A stretch of 24,000 nt of DNA. Source: Ignavibacteriales bacterium (GTDB lineage Bacteria; Bacteroidota; Ignavibacteria; Tepidaquicellales; Tepidaquicellaceae). A model generated the notes under the pieces. It was not told the origin of the DNA. It was given only the letters and a program-made list of their open reading frames with translations, and searched no databases. Shown one piece after another: positions 5,806 through 13,170 of this stretch. Position 1 is the first letter of the stretch, and each line of letters opens with the position of its first letter. The position numbers and the translations under genes were made by a program. Location of the stretch: NCBI GenBank assembly GCA_020635255.1, contig JACKAC010000001.1:976814-1000813 (forward strand), in the 5' to 3' direction.

Positions 5806-8800
5806 ATGAGATTAGAAGATCTGACGGAAGAGCAGAGGGAGAAGATCTCCGAGTTTGGCGTTAATACATGGTTTGTGCTCGACCTCTTCAGCGATTATAA
5901 AAAAGACCCGTCATCCGTCAGCGATGACTGGAAGGACTTTTTCAAAGATTTCGATTCCGGTGAATTAGGTTTCCATACCAACGGCGGAAACGGTAAGCAA
6001 TTAACGCTTACCCCGTCACCCAAGCCTGCTCACAGAGAAGAAAGTAAGGTCGTGATGCCTAAGCCCGGCGAAGGCGAAGAGCCTGTCCTGATAAAAGGAG
6101 CCGGCGCCAGGATAATCGATAACATGACCGACTCACTGAGCATTCCGACGGCGACCACGTTTAGAGAACTCCCTGTTAAGCTCCTCGAAGAGAACAGGAT
6201 CGTCATAAACAATTTTCTCAAACAGACCGGCGGTGGTAAGATATCTTACACGCACATCATCGGCTGGGCAATCGTAAAAGCCATCGAGACCGTTCCTAAC
6301 ATGAATAACTCCTTCACTGTAATGGAGGGTCAGCCCTACCTGGTGAAAAAGCACGACGTCAATCTCGGTCTCGCTGTGGATATTCAAAAGAAAGACGGTT
6401 CACGTTCGCTGATAGTTCCCAATATAAAGAAGGCGAACGGGATGAACTTCAAAGAGTATTTCGACGCTTATAATGATATCATAGACCGTTCGCGCTCCGG
6501 TAAAATAGAGGTAGCCGATTTCCAGGGCACTTCCATTTCACTCACAAATCCCGGTACGATCGGCACCAGCGCTTCACACCCGCGACTTATGATGGGGCAG
6601 GGCGCGATAATCGCGACCGGCTCGATAGACTATCCGCCGGAGTTCCGCGCCGCCACAAAAGACGTTCTCGTCACGCTTGGCGTAAGTAAGGTCATGAACA
6701 TGACCAGCACTTATGACCACCGTATAATCCAGGGCGCTGAATCGGGTATATTCCTGAAACGCATCAACGATCTGCTAATGGGTCAGGATAATTTCTATGA
6801 TGAGATATTCCGCGACCTCAAAGTGAACGTCCTCCCGGTCTACTGGACCGAAGACGACAACGCCGAAGACTTCGTCGGTATCAACAGCATAAAGGAGATC
6901 GAGAAGCAGGCAAAGGTCATCCAGCTTATAAATATGTTCAGAGTACGCGGGCATTTGCAGGCACACCTTGACCCGCTCAGCGACGAGCCCAAGTATCACA
7001 AAGAACTCGACTCGTCTTATTACGGGCTCACGATCTGGGATTTCGACCGAGAATTCATCACAGATGGATTAGCAGGATTACGGACCGCATCGCTCCGTGA
7101 CATACTCGACATTCTGCTGGAGACATATTGCGGAAATATAGGGGTGGAATTTAAACATATACAGGACCCGGAAGAGAAAGAGTGGCTTCAATCGAAAATG
7201 GAGCCGGTAAGAAATAAACCGATACTGGATAACCGCGATAAAAAGAATATTCTCTATAAGCTGATGCAGGCTGAGAATTTCGAGAAGTTCATCGATCGCA
7301 AATACCTCGGTCACAAGAGATTCTCGCTGGAAGGCTCCGAAACGATAATCGCGGTGCTGGACCACTTGCTGAATATCGGCGCTGAAGCGGGCGTCGAGGA
7401 AATGGTGCTCGGCATGGCGCACAGAGGCAGACTTAACGTGCTGGCGAACATTATCGGTAAATCGATGCACGCGATATTCTCGGAATTCGAGGATAACGTG
7501 GAGCAGTCAGCGCAGGGAAGCGGTGACGTGAAATACCACCTTGGCGCGACCGGCACATACGAAACCATCCACGATAAAAAGATCAACGTAGCTGTAGCAT
7601 CTAACCCGAGCCATCTTGAATTTGTGAACCCGGTGGTAGAGGGTATAGTGAGAGCAAAACAGACCAGGCAGGATGACGCACAGCAGGATAAATTCGTGCC
7701 GGTATTATTGCATGGTGACGCGGCATTCGCGGGTGAGGGGATAGTGGCGGAGACGCTGAACCTCTCACAATTACAGGGGTACAGCACAGGCGGTACGGTG
7801 CACATCGTTATAAATAATCAAATAGGATTTACGACAGCGCCGGTGGACGCACGAAGCACGGTTTACGCGACGGACGTGGCGAAGATGGTGCAAGCGCCGA
7901 TATTCCATGTGAACGGTGACGACCCGGAAGCAACGATGTGGGTTACGCAACTTGCGTTCGAGTTCAGGCAGAAATTTAATAAGGACGTGGTGATAGACGT
8001 ATTCGGGTACAGGAGATTAGGGCATAATGAAACAGATGAGCCGGCATACACACAGCCATTGATGTATAAGAGGATACGGTCGATGCCATCGGTAGTAGAA
8101 AAGTATAAAGTGAAGCTATTAAAAGAGCAGGCGGTGACGGAAGATGAAGTGAAAGCGATGGAGCATGACATAGATGAGAAGATGGACAAAGATTATAATT
8201 TAGTGAAGAATAAAGATGCGGGTACATTCGAAGCGGATGCTCCACTCGCGGTGACTCAGGAAGAGATAAAAGAAAAAATGACCGCGGAGCCAACAAGGGT
8301 AAGCGCGGAGGAATTAGATAAGGTCGTGAATGCTCTTACAACAGTGCCGGAAGGATTTACGATACATCCGAAGCTGAAAAAGTTCGTTGAGAGCAGGGGA
8401 CACTTCCCGCAGGATGCGGACTTTAAAGTAGATTGGGCGTTTGCGGAGTCGCTGGCGTTTGGTACGCTGATGCTGGAGGGTACACCGATCAGATTGAGCG
8501 GGCAGGACAGCGCGAGGGGGACATTCTCGCAAAGACACGTGGTACTGACGGACGCAAATACAGGCGCGGAGATAATTCCTCTGAATCAGCTGGACACCCC
8601 GGCAAAAATAGAACCACTGGATAGTTTATTATCGGAGGCGGCGGTACTGGGATTCGAATACGGGTACAGCACGGCGGACCCGATAACACTGGTGATGTGG
8701 GAGGCGCAGTTCGGTGATTTTGCTAACGCGGCGCAGGTGATAATAGATAATTTCATAAGCTGTTCATATACAAAGTGGGATCTGCCGAATAACGTGGTAA

Positions 8801-9474
8801 TGCTATTACCGCACGCGCAGGAAGGTCAGGGACCGGAACACTCAAGCGCAAGACTGGAAAGATATTTAGCACTGTGCGCGGAGGATAACATGTTCGTAAC
8901 GAACCCGACGACTCCGGCGCAGTATTTTCATTTATTGAGGAGAAGAGCGAAAGCGAAATTCCCGAAACCGCTTATAATAATGACACCGAAGAGTTTACTC
9001 AGGGATAAGATGGCAGTATCCGTCGCGAAAGATTTCACGGACGGGCATTTTCATGAGGTACTAAATGACGAGAGATATTGGGCTGAAGGAAGCGAGAAAG
9101 GCAGAGAGAACGTGACGAGGGTAGTATTGACGAGCGGTAAGGTTTACTATGACCTGGTAAAGTACATGGAGAAAGAAAAAATAGAAGGTGTCGCGGTATT
9201 GAGAACGGAACAGTATTATCCATTCCCGGAAGAAACGCTGAAAGAGATGCTTGCGGGATATAAGAACGCAAAGGACGTGGTATGGGTACAGGAAGAGCCG
9301 GAGAATATGGGAGCGTGGTTATTCATGTCGCATAGACTTCCGAACGTACTGGCAAAGGGACAGAAGCTGGACTACGTAGGCAGGAAGGCGAGCGCAAGTC
9401 CTGCACCGGGAAGTAAGAGGAAGTTCGACTCGAGCCAGGAACTGTTGATGAAAAGGGCGTTTGGAGTAGAGTAA
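5806..9474 (+). CDS. kgd: Multifunctional 2-oxoglutarate dehydrogenase/decarboxylase E1 component with an N-terminal E2-like acyltransferase domain (Kgd/OdhA architecture)
   Basis: 1222 aa. The N-terminal part carries a 2-oxoacid dehydrogenase acyltransferase catalytic core (…SISLTNPGTIGT…STYDHRIIQGAESG…). The remainder is a typical E1o sequence (GMAHRGRLNVLAN, YHLG, HGDAAFAGEG, NNQIGFTT, GHNE.DEP, WEAQFGDFANGAQ-like WEAQFGDFANAAQ, QEEPENMGAW). Confidence 0.92.
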   Translation: MRLEDLTEEQREKISEFGVNTWFVLDLFSDYKKDPSSVSDDWKDFFKDFDSGELGFHTNGGNGKQLTLTPSPKPAHREESKVVMPKPGEGEEPVLIKGAGARIIDNMTDSLSIPTATTFRELPVKLLEENRIVINNFLKQTGGGKISYTHIIGWAIVKAIETVPNMNNSFTVMEGQPYLVKKHDVNLGLAVDIQKKDGSRSLIVPNIKKANGMNFKEYFDAYNDIIDRSRSGKIEVADFQGTSISLTNPGTIGTSASHPRLMMGQGAIIATGSIDYPPEFRAATKDVLVTLGVSKVMNMTSTYDHRIIQGAESGIFLKRINDLLMGQDNFYDEIFRDLKVNVLPVYWTEDDNAEDFVGINSIKEIEKQAKVIQLINMFRVRGHLQAHLDPLSDEPKYHKELDSSYYGLTIWDFDREFITDGLAGLRTASLRDILDILLETYCGNIGVEFKHIQDPEEKEWLQSKMEPVRNKPILDNRDKKNILYKLMQAENFEKFIDRKYLGHKRFSLEGSETIIAVLDHLLNIGAEAGVEEMVLGMAHRGRLNVLANIIGKSMHAIFSEFEDNVEQSAQGSGDVKYHLGATGTYETIHDKKINVAVASNPSHLEFVNPVVEGIVRAKQTRQDDAQQDKFVPVLLHGDAAFAGEGIVAETLNLSQLQGYSTGGTVHIVINNQIGFTTAPVDARSTVYATDVAKMVQAPIFHVNGDDPEATMWVTQLAFEFRQKFNKDVVIDVFGYRRLGHNETDEPAYTQPLMYKRIRSMPSVVEKYKVKLLKEQAVTEDEVKAMEHDIDEKMDKDYNLVKNKDAGTFEADAPLAVTQEEIKEKMTAEPTRVSAEELDKVVNALTTVPEGFTIHPKLKKFVESRGHFPQDADFKVDWAFAESLAFGTLMLEGTPIRLSGQDSARGTFSQRHVVLTDANTGAEIIPLNQLDTPAKIEPLDSLLSEAAVLGFEYGYSTADPITLVMWEAQFGDFANAAQVIIDNFISCSYTKWDLPNNVVMLLPHAQEGQGPEHSSARLERYLALCAEDNMFVTNPTTPAQYFHLLRRRAKAKFPKPLIIMTPKSLLRDKMAVSVAKDFTDGHFHEVLNDERYWAEGSEKGRENVTRVVLTSGKVYYDLVKYMEKEKIEGVAVLRTEQYYPFPEETLKEMLAGYKNAKDVVWVQEEPENMGAWLFMSHRLPNVLAKGQKLDYVGRKASASPAPGSKRKFDSSQELLMKRAFGVE

Positions 9475-9511
9475 ATAACCAGCAAGACACGGAGACATCT
9501 AAGAAAAAATG

Positions 9512-9745
9512 GATTCCCGCTTTCGCAGGAATGACAAACTAGAGATTCTTCGCTTCGCTCCCACGCTAAAGCGGGGCAGGCAGAATGACAAGAAATTTGA
9601 ATGACAGATAGACCCCGGGAGACCGGGGTTTTTTGTTGGTTTATGCTTAGATTCAACCCACCCCTCTCCCCGCAGGGACCGTAGGCAATAGGGGAGTTTT
9701 AGAATACCTCACCCCCAACCCCTCTCCTTGTAAAGGAGAGGGGAG
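9512..9745 (+). repeat. Intergenic mosaic of GC-rich hairpin repeat modules (kgd/selU convergent spacer)
   Basis: Modules shared with 10961-11319:
- gattcccgctttcgcaggaatgacaa...gagattcttcgcttcgctc (9512-9560 versus 11161-11208)
- cgctaaagcggggcagg (9564-9580 versus 10977-10993)
- tagattcaacccacccc (9648-9664, exact copies at 11254 and 15521)
- cctcacccccaacccctctccttgtaaaggagaggggag (9707-9745 versus 11007-11045, 34/39). Confidence 0.85.
9613..9634 (+). terminator. Rho-independent terminator downstream of kgd
   Basis: Stem ccccgg (9613-9618) / ccgggg (9623-9628) with a gaga loop, followed by six T (9629-9634). Confidence 0.7.
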
Positions 9746-10918
9746 TCAATTAATATTTAAAATTTGTAGTAGTTCCTGTTTTGCTTCAATTGGGTTGTCG
9801 TTGTTTATGACAGCGAGGGGAGTTTTATGTTTGTCTTTATAAATTTTGTCGTAGTATTTTACCATCATGAGTTCGGTGAATGTGTATGTGTCGCCTGATT
9901 CCAGGAGTGAGAGTGCGGTTGTGTATATTTCTTTGCTGAGACGGGATTTAAGAAATGATTCATTCTTCCTCATTATTTCGAGCATGCGTGTAATACCTTT
10001 ATTCCCTGCACCAAAGTAATCGTTAACAATCCTTTTAACACGAGATTCAAGCGAAGAGCCGACGCTTATCGACGGGCAGATCTTCATGGCATTAAATAGG
10101 CTTTTAGGAATGAAGAAGTCGCCTACTTTTTTTGATTCGCTTTCGATTAGATATGTGCTGTGATACTCCGGGAGTTTTTTAATCCCGCGTATGATATCGC
10201 CGTAGATATTGTTTTCAAAGGAAGATTGGTTGTGTATGGGTTCATAATTGAGATTATCATAAGGAACCTGTCCGAATATGCTAGAATAGTGGCGTGCGGA
10301 TAACTCAAGATCGATGACAGGGAAATCGTTTTTCACTGAATTAAGGAGCTCAGTCTTCCCAGAGCCTGTGAGACCGGAGAGTTCGATAAGTCCGAACGGA
10401 ATAGTATTCATCGAAAAAAGTTCAACGACGAGAGAACGGTAGGCTTTAAAACCGCCTTCAATGCGTGATGGTGAATAGCCCAGGTCAGAGATCATCTTAG
10501 CGAGATAACTGGACCGTCCGCCTCCGCGCCAACAGTAGACAAGGATATTCTTATTTTTTGCATCGTGTTCATCGAGGAAGCGAGCGAGTTCGTCCGATTT
10601 CGGGTCGGCATATTGCATAGCGAGCCACACGGCGGCTTGCTGGGAATATTTTTTATAAATTAGTCCCGTGAAATGGCGTTCGATAGTTGTCAGGACAGGG
10701 AAATTGATAGCACCGGGGAGGTGAGATATATCGAATTCTTTTTCGGAGCGTCCGTCGATGAGCAGAGTGTTGTCATTATATAGAAGAGGGATAGCTTCAG
10801 ACGCAGAGTAGAGCTTCCAGTCATATTTCTTGAAAATATCTTTTAATGAAGGTACACTGCTGTCAACAACACCTCTGATAAAAGAGAATAGATCTTTTTC
10901 CGATTCAAATTGTTTCAT
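9746..10918 (-). CDS. selU: tRNA 2-selenouridine synthase (rhodanese plus P-loop domains)
   Basis: Rhodanese active-site loop CWRGGGRSS and Walker A GLTGSGKT in the SelU/MnmH arrangement. The track starts at GTG 10933. I prefer ATG 10918 (MKQFESEKD...) because a relic copy of exactly this start (ATGAAACAGTTTGAAACGGAA) sits 2 nt after the selD stop. Confidence 0.88.
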   Translation of the reverse strand: MKQFESEKDLFSFIRGVVDSSVPSLKDIFKKYDWKLYSASEAIPLLYNDNTLLIDGRSEKEFDISHLPGAINFPVLTTIERHFTGLIYKKYSQQAAVWLAMQYADPKSDELARFLDEHDAKNKNILVYCWRGGGRSSYLAKMISDLGYSPSRIEGGFKAYRSLVVELFSMNTIPFGLIELSGLTGSGKTELLNSVKNDFPVIDLELSARHYSSIFGQVPYDNLNYEPIHNQSSFENNIYGDIIRGIKKLPEYHSTYLIESESKKVGDFFIPKSLFNAMKICPSISVGSSLESRVKRIVNDYFGAGNKGITRMLEIMRKNESFLKSRLSKEIYTTALSLLESGDTYTFTELMMVKYYDKIYKDKHKTPLAVINNDNPIEAKQELLQILNIN

Positions 10919-10960
10919 AAAAGAATATACCACAAATTATCACAAATTTTTACGAATTTT

Positions 10961-11319
10961 GCTTGTTGGTGATCGCCGCTAAAGCGGGACAGGTAACACC
11001 GCTTAACCTCACCCCCACCCCCTCTCCTTAGTAAGGAGAAGGGAGCTTGGAGTAGATATTATTTTGTTTCCATCTTATTTTTTTAACCCCCGTCCCGATT
11101 TCATCGAGACACCCCCCTTTGTAAAAGGGGGGATTATTCTTCTTGTTCGGAAAGGGAGAGGATTCCCGCTTTCGCGGGAATGACAAAATGAGATTCTTCG
11201 CTCCGCTCAGAATGACAAAGAATACTCAGAATGACAAAATGTTAATGAAAAGCTAGATTCAACCCACCCCGTTCCCGACAAGTCGGGACCACCCCTCCGT
11301 CGGAGGGGAGTGAATTCCC
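10961..11319 (+). repeat. Intergenic mosaic of GC-rich hairpin repeat modules inserted between selD and selU
   Basis: It contains the modules listed for 9512-9745 in a different order. It also has cccccctttgtaaaagggggg (11112-11132, compare 4790-4809), tcccgacaagtcggga (11273-11288, compare 3872-3888), cccctccgtcggagggg (11292-11308, exact copy at 15552-15568) and three agaatgacaa motifs. Confidence 0.85.
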
Positions 11320-11340
11320 TTCCGTTTCAAACTGTTTCAT
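11320..11340 (-). pseudogene. Relic duplicate of the selU 5' end abutting the selD stop
   Basis: 11320-11342 (ttccgtttcaaactgtttcataa) matches 10898-10920 (ttccgattcaaattgtttcataa) at 21 of 23 positions. On the minus strand it reads ATG AAA CAG TTT GAA ACG GAA (MKQFETE) against the selU start MKQFESE. One difference is synonymous and one conservative. The relic frame then runs into repeat modules and stops at 11242. Confidence 0.6.
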
Positions 11341-11342
11341 AA

Positions 11343-12383
11343 TTATTCAAATTCGAAAATCAATTTGCCATTTCCTTCTTCAACTGAGCCTACTATAGAG
11401 GCTTTCTCAACACCATTATCTTTTAGCGCGAGAAGAAGTTCCTCGGACCTCTCAACCGGTACGGAAATAAGAAGACCTCCGGATGTTTGCGGGTCGTAGA
11501 GCATATGCTCGATGTCCTCATTTATATTTCCTTCATTTATAACATTGTCCTGTGTGTAAACACGGTTAGATTTATCGCCGCGAGTCCATAGTTTTTTCTC
11601 TATCGCATCCATAGCGCCTTCCAATACGGGGATGTCACTTACTTTTATTCTCAGAGCTACATTGCTTGCCATCGCCATCTGCATTGCGTGTCCTGCCAAT
11701 CCGAATCCTGTAATGTCAGTGCAGGCGCTTGCATTAAATTTCACCATAAGTTCAGATGAGGTTTTATTCAATGTGGTCATCGAAGTAATTAGCCCATTAT
11801 ATATGATTTCATCGAGTTCACTGTATTTGACACAGTTATTGAGCAAGCCCGTGCCGAGGGCTTTTGTAAGAATGAGGATATTACCGGGTTTAGCACCTGC
11901 ATTCGTCTTCAGATCTTTTGGGTCGATCGTTCCCGTAACAGCCAATCCATAGAGAATATTTTCAATGTCGACGGAATGTCCGCCGATAATGGGAGCGCGC
12001 GCCTCGGTCATCTTGTCAGCGCCGCCGCGTAGGATATCTTTGAGTATGGTAAGTTCTTCGGTTTGCGGAAATGCAACGATATTAAGACCGTTGATGGGTG
12101 TACCTCCCATTGCGTAGATATCGCTGAGCGCATTTGTAGCGGCGATCTGTCCGTAGGTGTACGGATCATCCACAACGGGAGTGAAGAAGTCGGTTGTGAG
12201 TATCAGCGCGAGTTCATCACTTATTTTGTAAACTCCTGCATCATCTTTACCATCGAAGCCGACCAGGACTTTATCATTTGTGTACCAGTCGATGCCTTTT
12301 AACGCGTCAGAGAGAATGTGCGGAAAAATCTTAGCGGCACAGCCGGCGGATTTGACCATCTGTGTGAGGCGAACATTAGACAT
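11343..12383 (-). CDS. selD: Selenide, water dikinase (selenophosphate synthetase), Cys-type
   Basis: The N-terminus MSNVRLTQMVKSAGCAAKI matches the SelD signature (RLTQ...GxGC.xK), with Cys rather than Sec. The rest has the AIR-synthase-like PurM fold pattern (DDAGVY, TTDFFTP, GGHS). Confidence 0.92.
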   Translation of the reverse strand: MSNVRLTQMVKSAGCAAKIFPHILSDALKGIDWYTNDKVLVGFDGKDDAGVYKISDELALILTTDFFTPVVDDPYTYGQIAATNALSDIYAMGGTPINGLNIVAFPQTEELTILKDILRGGADKMTEARAPIIGGHSVDIENILYGLAVTGTIDPKDLKTNAGAKPGNILILTKALGTGLLNNCVKYSELDEIIYNGLITSMTTLNKTSSELMVKFNASACTDITGFGLAGHAMQMAMASNVALRIKVSDIPVLEGAMDAIEKKLWTRGDKSNRVYTQDNVINEGNINEDIEHMLYDPQTSGGLLISVPVERSEELLLALKDNGVEKASIVGSVEEGNGKLIFEFE

Positions 12384-12394
12384 AATTTATTAAT

Positions 12395-13057
12395 TTAGTT
12401 CGAGAAAGTGGCATTGACTCGCCGGGAGAATACCACATATGCTAAAATTACAATTGATATTTGAAGAAGGAAACTCATATAAATGAAACTCTGATAAACA
12501 ATTTCGTGATTTTGTTCGAATATCTGCGTGAACAGCAGGTATTTGAGACCGGATATAATGAGATCGAGAGGGAGAAATATTATAACAGCTAGCTTGAATA
12601 CGCGCTTCTTTTTTGTCGCAAGCAGAATAAGGAAAAGGGAATACAATAGGAGGAAGAAATTAGTCGCAATAATGTATAATATTGCAAGAATCCATAACGA
12701 GCTGGGATATTTTTCGTTCTGCGTAGTAAGGAAATCCCACGCATTACTGCCATACAGGAAGAGGCTGTTATAGAAGTTGATGCAATTGATCATAATAATG
12801 AAAAGTATCAAAAGGAGAGCTATTCTGAGAAGACCGCGAAAGCCTTTAAGTTTTGGAGGATATTCGTTTGGGTCGTAGTGTTTATAATCGGGTTTTCTTT
12901 CGTAAATGAATTTGCCGAGGAAAAAAGTAATAGCAAGAATGATAATGGGTACAATTAGAAGCGGGAAATTCACAGAGCCGAACGCGGAAGTATTGGAATA
13001 ATGAGTTACGAACTCATGAAGCAGATTGATAGAATAATCGTAATATTTTAGCCCCAT
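12395..13057 (-). CDS. Hypothetical multi-pass membrane protein
   Basis: 220 aa with about 5 hydrophobic segments and no recognisable motif. It ends 11 bp before the selD start on the same strand, so it is probably co-transcribed. Confidence 0.6.
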   Translation of the reverse strand: MGLKYYDYSINLLHEFVTHYSNTSAFGSVNFPLLIVPIIILAITFFLGKFIYERKPDYKHYDPNEYPPKLKGFRGLLRIALLLILFIIMINCINFYNSLFLYGSNAWDFLTTQNEKYPSSLWILAILYIIATNFFLLLYSLFLILLATKKKRVFKLAVIIFLPLDLIISGLKYLLFTQIFEQNHEIVYQSFIYMSFLLQISIVILAYVVFSRRVNATFSN

Positions 13058-13170
13058 TAAAGCAAAGAAAGATAAAATTATTGCAAAAGTCAGGTATCGA
13101 ACAAATTAATGATTTGAATACATTATTTAAATGGAGTATTTTTAATTTTTGCTAACCAAATCACAGATTA

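Noticed and set aside
7078-8689. Series of long minus-strand ORFs inside kgd (130, 164, 108, 106, 74 and 66 aa)
   Set aside because: They are antisense shadows caused by the purine-rich coding strand of kgd. Their translations are Ser/Cys/Pro-rich and motif-free.
11242-11340. 32-codon ORF (MKQFETEGNSLPSDGGVVPTCRERGGLNLAFH) as a genuine small protein
   Set aside because: Only its first 7 codons are selU-derived. The remainder simply reads through GC-rich hairpin repeat modules. It is treated as a relic, not a gene.
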